Part shown: positions 10,702 to 22,865 of the stretch, one piece after another
How the letters are laid out: every line of letters begins with the position of its first letter
Position numbering within the stretch: the first letter of the stretch is position 1
Source: Candidatus Dormiibacterota bacterium
GTDB lineage: Bacteria; Chloroflexota; Dormibacteria; Aeolococcales; Aeolococcaceae
Direction: 5' to 3'
Assembly: GCA_963757475.1 (NCBI GenBank)
Contig: CAVWRW010000014.1
Span: 131,631 to 195,630 of the forward strand
Length of the DNA stretch: 64,000 nt
Translations under genes and position numbers: made by a program
The notes under the pieces: generated by a model
Database searches by the model: none
Told to the model about the DNA's origin: nothing
What the model saw: the letters and a program-made list of their open reading frames with translations, nothing else

Positions 10702-11793
10702 GAGGGTTTCTCGCGCTCGTCACGACCACCGTGCGAAGCAGCTTCCGGAACCGCGCCGCGCTCATCTTCACGTTGCTCATCCCCATCTTCCTCATGGTGC
10801 TGCTCGGCAACGTGCTCGGTGGCGGCAATGCATCGGTCAATATCGGCGTCGTCGACGAGGCCGGCACAACGCTCAGCCATCAGTACGTTGCGACCCTCAA
10901 GCACGAGAAGAACCTGGTGGTGGAAGAGGGGAGTGCATCGCACGAGGCGGACCGCCTGCAACATGACGACGTCGTTGCGGTTGTCATCATCCATCCGGAT
11001 TTCGCGACGCCGTGTCCACCCGATCAGAAGTGCGCGGGGCTGGACACCGGTATCACCCTTGATCTCGACAGCAACGATCCGTCGGACTCTGCAGATCGCG
11101 TCACAGGTGATCAGTGCCATAACGCAGGACTTCTCGGTCGCCGCGCACATCGGTGGTACCCCGGGAATCACCTTGAACACCGCCGAGATCGGGACGCAGA
11201 ATATCACGGCGATCGACTACTTCCTGCCGTCGATGATGACCTACGTCGCCGTGCTTGCCGGCCTCACATATGTGTCGATCACCATCGTCGATCAGCGTGA
11301 GCGAAAGGTCCTGCGCCGTTATCGGGCAACGCCGCTCCACCCGCTGCAGGTGCTGGGTGCGGCAATGACCGGAGGAGCGGTCACCGTCGCGCTCGAGGTT
11401 GTCGTCCTCGCCATCGTTGGCGTCGCGCTCTTCGGCGCGCGCGCGCATGGAAGCTGGTTGCTCGCCGTCGTCGCGCTGGTCGTCGGGATTGCGAGCTTCG
11501 TCAGCATAGGTTTTCTGCTCACGTCCTTCGTGCGGACGAGCGACGCTGCGCGCGGTATCTCATCGCTGATCGGATTTCCGATGCTCTTCCTGAGCGGCAT
11601 CTTCTTCCCGGTCGACGCCTTGCCGCAGTGGATCCAGGACGTTGTGCACGTCCTGCCCGTCTACTACGTCTCGGATGCGCTGCACCAGATCCTCAACTCG
11701 GGCGGCGGCCTGACACTGCTCGATGTCGCCGTGCCGCTCGCGTGGGCGGCTGGTTGCTTCGCGCTTGCGGCGTGGCGGTTCCGCTGGGAGTAG
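10698..11793 (+). CDS. ABC-2 type permease, +1 frameshift near 11091
   Basis: ATGA overlap with the ATPase stop. The N-terminal TM part lies in frame of ORF 10698. The remainder (TLQIASQVISAITQDF...VLPVYYVSDAL) lies in frame of ORF 10819. Confidence 0.75.
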
Positions 11794-11796
11794 CGG

Positions 11797-12198
11797 TCAG
11801 CCGCAGGCGATGGCGCGATAGGACGCGCTGCCCAGGTCCCGTGCCAGCTCGCCGTAGATGGTGATGTTGCTGCCACGCTCGGGTGGCGGACAGTTCTTCG
11901 GGAACACGACGAACACACTTCGCGCGCCCGCTGAGATGTATCCGTCGCAGGACGTGGCGTTGCAGATGTAGGGCTCGAAGGTTCCGGAAAGCGTTGTGAC
12001 GCCGTGGTCGTTCGTCCTTTTCACGGGGTTGGCGAACAACCCGGTGAAGCCGACGACGAAGAGGATGAGGATCGCGACCACAGAGACCACAAGCACCGGG
12101 ATGCTCCACGCCGGACGCTGCTTCCGCACGGGAGCCGCATCGTCGTCGCCCTCCTTGTCGAGTGAGGCGTGCTCGGGGGTTGTCTGCGGAGTCTCCAC
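11797..12198 (-). CDS. small single-pass membrane protein (start uncertain)
   Basis: 3' part of ORF 11797-12906. It has the TM helix WSIPVLVVSVVAILILFVVGF and a Cys-containing C-terminal domain. Possible GTG starts at 12198 or 12129. Confidence 0.45.
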   Translation of the reverse strand: METPQTTPEHASLDKEGDDDAAPVRKQRPAWSIPVLVVSVVAILILFVVGFTGLFANPVKRTNDHGVTTLSGTFEPYICNATSCDGYISAGARSVFVVFPKNCPPPERGSNITIYGELARDLGSASYRAIACG

Positions 12199-12222
12199 GG
12201 CACTGCTACGGTACCGAATGCC

Positions 12223-12990
12223 GTGCGGCAGCCGATCATCTTCGTCACCGACTACGGCCGCGACGACGCCTACGCGGCAGCGCTGACGGGCGCCGCATGG
12301 CGAGTTGATCCCCACGCACTTTGCGTCGACGGCACCCACGGCATTCCTGCCGGCGACGTGCTTGCCGGCGCATACCAGCTCAAGGCGCTCGCATTGGCGT
12401 TCGCCGATGGCGCGGTCTTCTGTGCAGTGGTCGACCCGGGCGTCGGCACCGACCGACGGGCGATCGCCATCGAGATCGGCAGGATCCGGTGCGTCGCACC
12501 GGACAACGGGCTCGTCTCCTATCTCTGGGACGAGACGGAGTTGTACCGGAGCGCCGTCAGCCTCGACATCCCGCTCGATGCGGCACCCACATTCCACGGC
12601 CGCGACGTCTTCGCACCAGTCGCCGCCCAGCTCGCGGCGGGAGGGCGGCTCGACGCCGCCGGCGAGCCCATCGACGATCCGATCGTCCTCGCCGAGGCCT
12701 TCGCGGAACGAATCGGGACAGGGTTGCAGGGCCGCGTCTGCGTGGTTGACCACTTCGGCAACGCCATCACGACGATCCGGAATGCCGACATCGGTCCCTC
12801 GACGGTGCGCTCGGTGAGCTGGCAGGGCGGCGCGAGCGCTGGTCTCGTCACCACCTATGCGGATATCGAGCAGGGCCCAGCAGCGCTCATCGGCAGCGCC
12901 GGCCACCTCGAGGTCGCAGCACGCGGGGTTCCGGTAGGCGCCGTCGGCGGTCCCAAACTCGGCGATGCCGTCTTCGTGGAATTGGCATGA
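12223..12990 (+). CDS. SAM hydroxide adenosyltransferase family protein (DUF62)
   Basis: IIFVTDYGRDDAYAAALTG, VVDPGVGT and TFHGRDVFAPVAA are typical of the family. GTG 12223 chosen as start. Confidence 0.8.
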   Translation: MRQPIIFVTDYGRDDAYAAALTGAAWRVDPHALCVDGTHGIPAGDVLAGAYQLKALALAFADGAVFCAVVDPGVGTDRRAIAIEIGRIRCVAPDNGLVSYLWDETELYRSAVSLDIPLDAAPTFHGRDVFAPVAAQLAAGGRLDAAGEPIDDPIVLAEAFAERIGTGLQGRVCVVDHFGNAITTIRNADIGPSTVRSVSWQGGASAGLVTTYADIEQGPAALIGSAGHLEVAARGVPVGAVGGPKLGDAVFVELA

Positions 12991-13727
12991 GTGGCCCCCT
13001 CGACAGCTCCGACGGGCTAGGGGATCTCACGTCTGAACAAGTTGCCCAGCTCGACGCCGCGGCGCTCGAATGCGGTGTCAGCACGCTGCAGCTCATGGAG
13101 GTCGCGGGCTGGCAGGTCGCGCGCTGCGCGTGGCAGCACCTCGGCAATCGCCCAGCCGATATCGGGGTTGTCGCCGGGTATGGCAACAACGGCGGGGATG
13201 GCCTCGTCGCCGCGCGACACCTCGCGACGTGGGGCTGCGACGTGCGAGCCATCGTCGTAGCCGACGACTCACGTGTGCGTGGTGTGGTCCTCGATCATGT
13301 CGTCGCGGCGCGCGCGTGTGGCATCGATGTGCGCATCGACGCGGACCCCGCGGCGACGGTCGACCTGGCTGCGGGTGCCGCGCTGCTCGTCGACGCGCTC
13401 CTCGGCACCGGTCTTCGCAGCGCGCCTCGGGATCCCCAGGCAAGCGCGATCCGGGCGATCAACAGCGCTGGCCGTCCGGTCCTGAGCGTCGATGTCCCGA
13501 GCGGCCTCGACGCCACGCGCGGCGACGCGTTTGATCCGTGCGTGCGCGCCACCCTGACGTGCACGCTGACAGCGATGAAGCAGGGCCTGCGAAGCGGCGC
13601 CGCCGCCGCGTACGCGGGCGCGGTCTGGGTAGCCGACATCGGGATGCCGGCGGCGGCATGGCGGAAAGCGGGGCTCGTCCAGCCACCGCGTGTCACTGGC
13701 GGTGAGTTGGTGCACACTTCGTCCTGA
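12987..13727 (+). CDS. nnrE: NAD(P)H-hydrate epimerase (YjeF N-terminal domain)
   Basis: ATGA overlap with the upstream gene. Motifs GYGNNGGDGLVAARHL and DALLGTGL. Confidence 0.8.
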   Translation: MSGPLDSSDGLGDLTSEQVAQLDAAALECGVSTLQLMEVAGWQVARCAWQHLGNRPADIGVVAGYGNNGGDGLVAARHLATWGCDVRAIVVADDSRVRGVVLDHVVAARACGIDVRIDADPAATVDLAAGAALLVDALLGTGLRSAPRDPQASAIRAINSAGRPVLSVDVPSGLDATRGDAFDPCVRATLTCTLTAMKQGLRSGAAAAYAGAVWVADIGMPAAAWRKAGLVQPPRVTGGELVHTSS

Positions 13728-13800
13728 TCTCCCGCTTGACCGCGGGCCGGACTCCACAGTATTCTTCGACCGTCTTACTCGCGCCGTCAGCGCAAACGTC

Positions 13801-14322
13801 ATGATCAACGTCTCAGCACACATCGCTCCCGAGGCGCGCGAGCTTGCCGCAACCGTACGCGAGCAGCTCGATGATCTAGTCACGTATGCCACGCATCTGG
13901 TCAATCACCAGGCTGATGCGGTGGCGTTCGTCGCTGGGGGCATCCACCACGCGAGCCGTTATCCACCCACGCGCCTTCGCGTCGACGGACGAGCCGCCCT
14001 CTACCGGGCGGTGACGCGCGCCTGCCGGCATGGGCAGCGCTTTCCACCGCGGCCCGCCGGTATCGGCCGGATGTTCCGGCGCAGCGGCACCACCGTGCAG
14101 GTTGAGGTCGACACCGTCGACGCCGGTCGGATCAACACCGTCAAGCGCGCCATGGCGATGCTCGGTTTCGATCGTCGCGCCGCCCTGCTCCTGCGCGACC
14201 TCTGCGGTCTCAACTACAACGAGATGGCCCGTGCACTTGAGTGCTCACCGGAGGCAGCCGCGCGCCTGGTGGCGGCGGCGCGCCGCGAGTTCGGCTCGAT
14301 CTACCGCGAGATCGCGCTGTGA
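13801..14322 (+). CDS. divergent ECF-type sigma factor-like protein
   Basis: C-terminal region-4-like HTH ALLLRDLCGLNYNEMARALECSPEAAARLVAAARREF. The N-terminal region is weakly sigma-2-like. Start at ATG 13801 is uncertain. Confidence 0.55.
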   Translation: MINVSAHIAPEARELAATVREQLDDLVTYATHLVNHQADAVAFVAGGIHHASRYPPTRLRVDGRAALYRAVTRACRHGQRFPPRPAGIGRMFRRSGTTVQVEVDTVDAGRINTVKRAMAMLGFDRRAALLLRDLCGLNYNEMARALECSPEAAARLVAAARREFGSIYREIAL

Positions 14323-16350
14323 GGTGCAGCCTCCTCGCTCTGAGCAGCTATCTCGACGCTGAACTCGAGGTTGCGCAAACGGGCGAGCTCGAGGCGCACC
14401 TCCTCGCCTGCGATCGCTGCCGTACCGCGATCGAGCACCTTCGCGAAGAGTCCGAGCGCATCGGCGCGCTTGCGCGGGTGCACATCCCCGATGGAGCCGT
14501 GCACGAACTCTTCAGCCAGATCGGGTTGATCGAGGAAGGCGACGAACTGCCTGACGCACCGCCGCATCACGATCGGCCGTCGACAGTCGAGGCGCCGCCA
14601 TGGTTCGGCGCCGAGCGCGGACGGGCATTGCCGTGGGCGCCTCGCGGCGGCTACGAGTTCGAACCCCAGCCATCCGCGGGAGCTCATCGGAGAACGAACC
14701 CCGAGCGTCGCCGTCGCCGAGCCGCCCGAGCTCTTCCTCTGGGAAGAGCCGATGGACCAGATCCCGACCTCCACAATGCCGAAGCCTGTGCCCACGCCGC
14801 CCCCGGTTCCGGCGCGCATCCCACCGCCGGTGGTCGACGCGCCGCGCGCGCCCGAAGCACTCGCTGAGGAACCGCAGCCCCCGGAGGTCGGGGTCGCGGA
14901 GCCACAGCCACCGGCAATCGCAGACGCAATCACCGAGCCGCAGCAGCCGTACACCGCTGGAGCCCCGAACGCGTTCCAGCGGGTGCGCGATGCCGTCGCT
15001 GTCCGGTTCGCGCTGTGGCGTGGCGCGAGTTCGCACCTCGAATCCAACGTCGAGATCGTCAGCGGTGCCGGGGCGCCATCGTGGAACAAGCGTGCGCACC
15101 CCAAGGCATGGAGTGACAGTCCGCCGGTCGTGGTCGCGCCCGAGCCTCCTGCCGTCGCACAGCCGGTACCGCCGCCGCTCGTACCGCCGGTGGTGGAGCC
15201 TGAGGTCGAGACGCAGCCAGTCGAGTGGCAGGAACCGGCCGCGACGAAGCCACCTCTTCACGACGTGGCCGCCACCGAGCCGGCCCGCGTCGTGCCCGCT
15301 TCGACGGAGCCGGGCCTGTCCGAACCGCTCAACACCGAGCCGTCAGCCGCCGAGTTGGCGACTCCCGAGCTCGCCGACATTCTCGGCGAGGTCTCGTCGC
15401 TTGCCGCGCCGCTCGGCCGAGGCACGAAATCCGCGCCGGCGCCCGTGAGACCGCACCGAAACGGCCGCATGGGGCCGATGGTCGCTCCGCTCGCCGTTCC
15501 GGAGCAGCTGCCGGAGCTCGTCGACGAGCCGCTGGACCACGACGTTCCCGGCGAGCACCTGTCCGCAGTCGATGCCATCGTCTCCCCCGACGCCTTCCGC
15601 GAGGACACGCAACCCTCGGCGCCGTCTGCGCCATCCGGACCGGGTCGCCACGTTCGCCGTCTGAAGTCGCAAACGTCAGACCGGCGCTCCTGGAATCCGA
15701 CGCAACCGAGAACCGGCCGGCACGTCCTCCCCATCGGTGGACCTGCCGTTGCGGCTGCGGACCGCGATCGCCGCTTGTGGATCTTCGCCGCGGCGACTGT
15801 TGTGGTCCTCGTCTTCGGTCTCCTCATCGGCCGCAGCGTTTCGCAGACCGGGCCACTCGCAGCGCCGCACGTCACGCAGCCGCGGCCGACGGCACACGCC
15901 ACCGCTGCTCCGACAGTCGCGCCGCTGCCGGTCGCAACTCCGGCGACCGCCGCCCCGACAGTTCCGGCCGCGCCGACCCCGGCGCAGCTCACGGGCAGCC
16001 ACACCATCGGCACCGGATCGAGTGGATTCTCGGTTGCCGACGTGCGCATCGGCGAGCACCCGAATGACTTCCGTCTCGTCTTCGATCTCGCATTCCCGGA
16101 CACGGTCAGTGGCGCACCGACGACCGTCATCGGCTACGACGGACCGACGACGCTCTACGTCGAGTTCAGCGGCGTCACGGGCACGTCCCCGATCCAGTCG
16201 ATGCCCGCCGGTCAGGTGGTTGTGTCGGTGACTCCGCTGCCGATGGTGCGCAACACGAACCGGCTGATCTTCAAGATCACGTTGCGCAAGAACGCGCCCT
16301 TCGACGCGTACTACCTCTCCAGCGCCCGCCTCGTCATCGATATCACGTAG
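14319..16350 (+). CDS. zf-HC2 anti-sigma factor with very long Pro-rich linker, TM helix and C-terminal beta-rich domain; probable +1 frameshift near 14685
   Basis: GTGA overlap with the sigma stop. HLLACDRCRTAIEHL is an HxxxCxxC motif. The frame of ORF 14241 joins the frame of ORF 14752 around 14685. TM helix LWIFAAATVVVLVFGLLIG. Confidence 0.6.
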
Positions 16351-16366
16351 CGCGAAGCGCCGCGAG

Positions 16367-17941
<1,575 letters not shown>

Positions 17942-18008
17942 TGCAGTAGCCTCCGAGTCCTCTTCGCCTCATCGCGATTCTCCCATTCGCACAGGGAGAA
18001 CGTTTGCG

Positions 18009-18776
18009 CTACGCCGACCAGCCCCCGTCCACCACCAGCACGGAGCCGGTGACGAACGACGCGGCTTCGGACGCGAGGAAGAGCGCCGCGCCCGCGATTT
18101 CGTCCGGGACGGCGTGGCGGCCGAGCGCAGTCTGACCAATGATGTGCTCGTGGACGTCCGTCGTCTCCACGAGGTAACGCGCGAGCTTCGTCTCGACGAG
18201 ACCCGGCGCAATTGCGTTGACGCGGATGCCGAGCGGACCGAGCTCGCGCGCGAGTGTGCGCGTGAGCGTGATGAGCGCCGCTTTGCTCGCGTTGTATGCG
18301 CCGGTCAGTGGCTCCGGCCGTATCCCCGCGACCGAGGCCATGTTGATGACACTGCCGCCGTGATCGCGCATCCACGCCGCAACCGCGTGGCGGGTGAGAC
18401 GCAGCGGTCCCAGGACGTTGACGTCCCAGATCTTGTTGATGGCGCCCTCGTCAGCGTCGAGGATCGGACCGAACTGCGGATTGGTAGCGGCGTTGTTGAC
18501 AAGGACGTCGAGCCGGCCCGTCTGACGCATCACCTCGGCGACAACGGCCTCACATGCGGCGGCGTCGCCGGCGTGGCCGGGCACCGCAAACGCCGCGCCA
18601 CCCGCGGCGATGATCTCCGCGGCCGCCTCCTCGCAGGGTTCCGCGTGCCGTGCGTTGATCGCGACGGTCGCTCCGGCCTCGGCGAACGCGGTCGCGATCG
18701 CGCGGCCGATACCGCGGCTCCCGCCCGTGACCAGCGCGACCTTTCCGTCGAGCGCGAAACGAGCAGCGACGCTCAA
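18009..18776 (-). CDS. SDR family oxidoreductase (FabG-like)
   Basis: TGGSRGIGRAIA cofactor motif and YNASKAA catalytic motif. Confidence 0.9.
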   Translation of the reverse strand: MSVAARFALDGKVALVTGGSRGIGRAIATAFAEAGATVAINARHAEPCEEAAAEIIAAGGAAFAVPGHAGDAAACEAVVAEVMRQTGRLDVLVNNAATNPQFGPILDADEGAINKIWDVNVLGPLRLTRHAVAAWMRDHGGSVINMASVAGIRPEPLTGAYNASKAALITLTRTLARELGPLGIRVNAIAPGLVETKLARYLVETTDVHEHIIGQTALGRHAVPDEIAGAALFLASEAASFVTGSVLVVDGGWSA

Positions 18777-19427
18777 TTGAGGCCGGAGGTGGCGGCGTGG
18801 TTCTTGGATCGAACCAGCATCCGGTCGAGGAGCGCCGCCTCGCGTCGCAGCAGCCGGAGCACGGCGGACAGGCGCTCGGCGGTGCCGTCGATCTCGAGCA
18901 GACGCTGACGCTGCGCCGTCTCGACCTGCATCGCCGCCGCCACGAGGTACGACAGCAACTCGGGGTCGGACGGCAACCCGAACTCGAGCGGGTCCCCCTG
19001 GCCGACGCCGCGGAGCTGGGTGGCATAGCCGCGGAATGCGGTGGTCACCGCAGTGGCAAGGCGCTCTGTGTCGTCCGCTGGCGCGGGGATGTCCTGCAGG
19101 TAGTGCACGGATCCAACCAGGTATGGGCGGTCACGGGAGAACGAGTCGATGCGGAAGCGCGACGCACCGATGACGCCGAGGTTGTACCGGCCGTCCGGGA
19201 GCTCCTCGATCTCATCGAGCTGCGCGAGCGTCCCGACCTCGTACGGAAGCACCGCGCTCGCGCCGACCTCGGAGCCCTCGCGGATCGCGACGATGCCGAA
19301 CGTTGTCGACGCCCGCCGGCAGTCGCGCATCATCGCCCGGTAGCGCGGCTCGAAGATGTGCAGCGACATCGGCATGTGCGGGAAGAGCACGTGATCCGAG
19401 GGGGAATAAGGGGACCTCGACGGCCAT
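18773..19427 (-). CDS. LON substrate-binding (Lon N-terminal) domain protein, +1 frameshift near 19390
   Basis: MAVEVPLFPLGS (ORF 19212-19427) continues as VLFPHMPMSLHIFEPRYRAMM in ORF 18773-19390. Confidence 0.75.
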
Positions 19428-19452
19428 CAGGCGCGCTCCGATCCGAGCCGCA

Positions 19453-19650
19453 CTAGGCGGCTTTGCAGTTCTTGGTGTGCTTGACGATGCGCTCGCGGCG
19501 GGGCTCGCCGGGGCGGCGGCTGTGCCGGAATGCGATCTCGACGCCGATCTCGTTCTGGCGCATGAGGTTGTTACAGATGGGGCAGCGGACGTGGGTCAGA
19601 ATGTCGCGCTGGGAGGCGACACCCTTGGATTCCTTGATCGTGTTTGCCAT
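19453..19650 (-). CDS. small basic Cys/His-containing protein, unassigned
   Basis: 65 aa ORF with HVRCPIC ... KHTKNCK, placed directly upstream of the Lon-N gene on the same strand. No family recognised. Confidence 0.4.
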   Translation of the reverse strand: MANTIKESKGVASQRDILTHVRCPICNNLMRQNEIGVEIAFRHSRRPGEPRRERIVKHTKNCKAA

Positions 19651-19719
19651 GGCGGCTGGGGCTCCTTAGAACGGTCTCTAGATCGATTGTACGCGGCGTC
19701 GGGGTACGATTCGGCGCCG

Positions 19720-20250
19720 ATGTCATCGCACCTCGGCCTGCTCCGCCCTCGAATCGCCGCGCTGGCCGCCGTCGCGGTCGGGTTTCTGGCCTTGGCCGGG
19801 TGCGGCAGCCTGGTGACCGTGAGCAGCGAGATCACCCCGCCAGCACCTGACTGTGCGACCCCCCGTCCGGTCGCCGCGATCGATTCCTTCACGACGCAGG
19901 TGACCCTCCAGACGGGCACTTCCGGCCTGCAGTTCGGTGATATCACCGTCGGCTGCGGTAAGGCGGCGAGCGCGTCCGCCAACGTGAATGTCCAGTTCAC
20001 CGTGTGGCTGGCGAATGGGACGCAGGTCATCACGACGCGCGGGGCTGGCGCGGCGACCAATCCGTTGCAGCTTGGCGACCCGTCAACGCTGCCGTTCTGG
20101 CGGCTCGGTGTCCCCGGTATGCGCGTCGGCGGAACTCGGAAGCTCGTGGTCCCGCCGGCGCTCGGTTTCGGATCTGCCGGAAACTCCTCAGCGGGCGTCC
20201 CTGCCAACGCCACGCTCATCGTCGACGTGGAGTTGGTCTCGATCGCCTGA
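19720..20250 (+). CDS. FKBP-type peptidyl-prolyl isomerase lipoprotein
   Basis: Lipobox LALAGCG. C-terminal GMRVGGTRKLVVPPALGFG...ATLIVDVELV is typical of FKBP. Confidence 0.8.
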   Translation: MSSHLGLLRPRIAALAAVAVGFLALAGCGSLVTVSSEITPPAPDCATPRPVAAIDSFTTQVTLQTGTSGLQFGDITVGCGKAASASANVNVQFTVWLANGTQVITTRGAGAATNPLQLGDPSTLPFWRLGVPGMRVGGTRKLVVPPALGFGSAGNSSAGVPANATLIVDVELVSIA

Positions 20251-20252
20251 GG

Positions 20253-20372
20253 CTAGGACCTTGCCCGCATCCAGAGGACGTACAGGGCGGTGAATGCGGC
20301 AGCCATCACCACGACGAAGCCCAGCGGGATACCGATCACCTCGAGCAGGCCGGGAGCCGTGGTCGCGAACAT
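20253..20372 (-). CDS. possible 39-aa hydrophobic peptide (not in ORF track)
   Basis: ATG at 20372 to TAG at 20253-20255 encodes MFATTAPGLLEVIGIPLGFVVVMAAAFTALYVLWMRARS, a single TM helix. Confidence 0.25.
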   Translation of the reverse strand: MFATTAPGLLEVIGIPLGFVVVMAAAFTALYVLWMRARS

Positions 20373-20432
20373 GCACCGCGAAGCATACCCAACCGGAGGT
20401 CAGAGAGCCGCGCTGATTCGTCGTTGGGCGCA

Positions 20433-21951
20433 GTGACCGGCACCCGCTCGGCGTCGCTCAATGACGGCAGGCGCAGCGCCGAGATTGACCGCCTCGACAG
20501 TGGCGAAACAGTCGACGTTGTCGTCATCGGCGGAGGCATCACCGGCGCGGGGGTTGCGCTCGACGCAGTGACGCGCGGGTTGCGAAGTCGCGCTCGTCGA
20601 GCGGGGCGATCTTGCGAACGGCACCAGCGGTCTGAGCAGCAAGCTCGCGCACGGCGGGCTCCGCTACCTGCGGCAAGGCGAAGTCGCGGTGGCGTGGGAG
20701 TCGGCGCGCGAGCGCCATATCCTCATGACGCGCACAGCGCCACACCTGGTGCGGTCGATGCCGTTCGTTGCGCCACTCGACGATGCGATGCGGCCGGTAT
20801 ATGGCGCGTTCGCCGAGACGGGCATTCGTGTCGGTGACGTCATGCGTGCGGCTGCCGGGACCCGTCGCAGCACACTCGCCGCGCCGCGTCGCATCGGCGC
20901 TCATGAAGCGCTGCGCTTCATTCCGAGCCTCCGCCGCGATGACCTTCGCGGCGCCATCCTCTTCTGGGACGGGAAGCTCGAGGATGACGTGCGCCTCGTG
21001 ATCGCAGTGGCGCGTACCGCGGCGGCGAACGGCGCGATGATCCTGACGTACTGCGACGCCGTCGACGTGGAATGCGGTCGCGTCGGCGTCCGCGACACCG
21101 TGACCGGGCGCACGTTCGAGATCGCGACAACGCACATCGTCAACGCGACCGGTGTGTGGGCAAACGGTCTCGCTCCCGGTGTGCCTCTCGCCCCGAGCAA
21201 GGGCTCACACGTAATCGTGCGGGCGAGTTCCCTCGGCAACATGCGCGCATCTCTGGTGGTGCCGATCGCCGGGGAATCAGCGCGCTGGGTCGGAGCGACG
21301 CCGGCGGGCGACGGTCACGTGATCGTCGGTGTTACCGACGAGCCGTATCACGGGTCGCCCGGTGAGCAGCCGCAGGTCACGCCTGCCGAGGAGCGCTATC
21401 TCCTCGATGCGCTGTCACGAGCGCTCGAGGGGCCGCTCGACCACGCGGACGTGGTGGGCTCGTACGCCGGGCTGCGGCCGCTGCTCAGCGCAGGCGGGGA
21501 GAGCACCCGCGACCTGAGCCGCCGCCACTCGATCGTCGAGGATCCGCGCACCGGCATGGTCACGGTCGTCGGCGGCAAGCTGACCACGTACCGCCGCATG
21601 GCGCAGGACACGGTCGATCGCATCGCACCCGACCGGCGCAGCACCACTGCTGCTTTGCCGCTGGTCGGAGCGGCGCCGCCGAGAGTCCTCCGGAGCCTCG
21701 ATGTTCCCGAGCGCCTGCTGCGCCGCTACGGCATCGAAGCGCCTGCGGTCATGTCGCTGGCCGATGGGGACCTGTCACTGCTGCGGCCGCTGGCTGACGG
21801 GGTGGCCGCGCTCGGTGTCGAGATCCTCTTCGGTGTCCTCCACGAGGGTGCGCGCACCCTCGACGACCTGCTCGACCGGCGTGTGCGGCTGGGGCTCGTG
21901 CCTGCCGAACGGCGCTCGGCCGAGGAGGCGGCGGCGCGGCTCGTTGCTTAG
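20433..21951 (+). CDS. glpD: glycerol-3-phosphate dehydrogenase (FAD-dependent), +1 frameshift near 20588
   Basis: VDVVVIGGGITGAGVALDAVTRGL lies in the frame of ORF 20004. It continues as VALVERGDLANGTSGLSSKLAHGGLRYL in the frame of ORF 20689. Confidence 0.85.
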
Positions 21952-22649
21952 GAAGCGACTTCCACGCGGGCGCCGAGGAGCCCGAGTTCGATGTCGTGCA
22001 TGATCGTGATGCGGAACGCCTGACGGGCGGCCGCGTCGAGCTCTGGCGCGACGGTCTCATTGCGCGGGCGGCCGATCCAGGGTGGCTGGTGACGGCCCAT
22101 CGGCTCACCGCCGACGCGGACGACGACAGCGCGATCGTCCTCCTCATCGACTTCGATCGAGACGTGCTGGAGCACACCGGTGCTGTCGACGAGTGTCCAT
22201 GAGCGGAGCCAGACGGGCATCGTGCTGCCCGGGACACGGACTGGACGGACCGCGCCGCTCACGACGTAGGCGTCCTTGTGCGGAGCGTCGGCGGTCAGGG
22301 CAATGCGGACGGCAGTGTCGAGTTCGGCGCCGACCCACGTCGCGAGGGATGGAGCGCGATTTTCGACATCCGGGAGCATGTGCGTGAAGAAGCCGTTGGC
22401 GAGTGACGGTGCGACCGTCGCGTGGCGCCGGCAGTACGGGAGGCCGAGGACGATCCGGCTGTGCTCGTCGCACCAGGCGGTGCCGCACTTGACCTGACGA
22501 CGATCAACGTAGGTGCAGCGACAGCTGGCTGGCTTCGAGCAGTCGCCGTCCATGCATTTCTGATCAGGCGCGGGAGCGGACTCGTGGCCCGACGTGCTGT
22601 CGGTCGAGTGCTTGCGGGAGAGCCGCTGCCACGGCTTCATCGTGCCCAC
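21948..22649 (-). CDS. hypothetical Cys-rich protein
   Basis: Intact 233 aa ORF. The N-terminal cluster CMDGDCSKPASCRCTYVDRRQVKCGTAWCDEH suggests metal binding. Confidence 0.5.
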   Translation of the reverse strand: MGTMKPWQRLSRKHSTDSTSGHESAPAPDQKCMDGDCSKPASCRCTYVDRRQVKCGTAWCDEHSRIVLGLPYCRRHATVAPSLANGFFTHMLPDVENRAPSLATWVGAELDTAVRIALTADAPHKDAYVVSGAVRPVRVPGSTMPVWLRSWTLVDSTGVLQHVSIEVDEEDDRAVVVRVGGEPMGRHQPPWIGRPRNETVAPELDAAARQAFRITIMHDIELGLLGARVEVAS

Positions 22650-22820
22650 GAACTAGAGCCTAGTCGCGGTGAGGCGCTGTCCAAGCCAGGCGCATCCATC
22701 TTGTTACGCCATGGGTGCTGGTCGTGACCTGGACTGGCTCGCGCATGGGCGCGCCATTGTTAGGAGTTCGGCGCGGGGGCTGCGACAACTCCCCATGATC
22801 GCTTGGCGTCACTTTGATGC

Positions 22821-22865
22821 CATATGGGCTTGACATGGCATCACTGATGGTGCCATAGTGGCGCC
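22821..22865 (+). promoter_or_regulatory. putative promoter with operator palindromes; leaderless start
   Basis: TTGACA at 22830-22835, an 18-nt spacer, then CATAGT at 22854-22859, with ATG 22866 lying 7 nt downstream. ATGGCA(22836)...TGCCAT(22856) is an inverted repeat in the spacer. A CCATATGG palindrome lies at 22820-22827. Confidence 0.4.
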
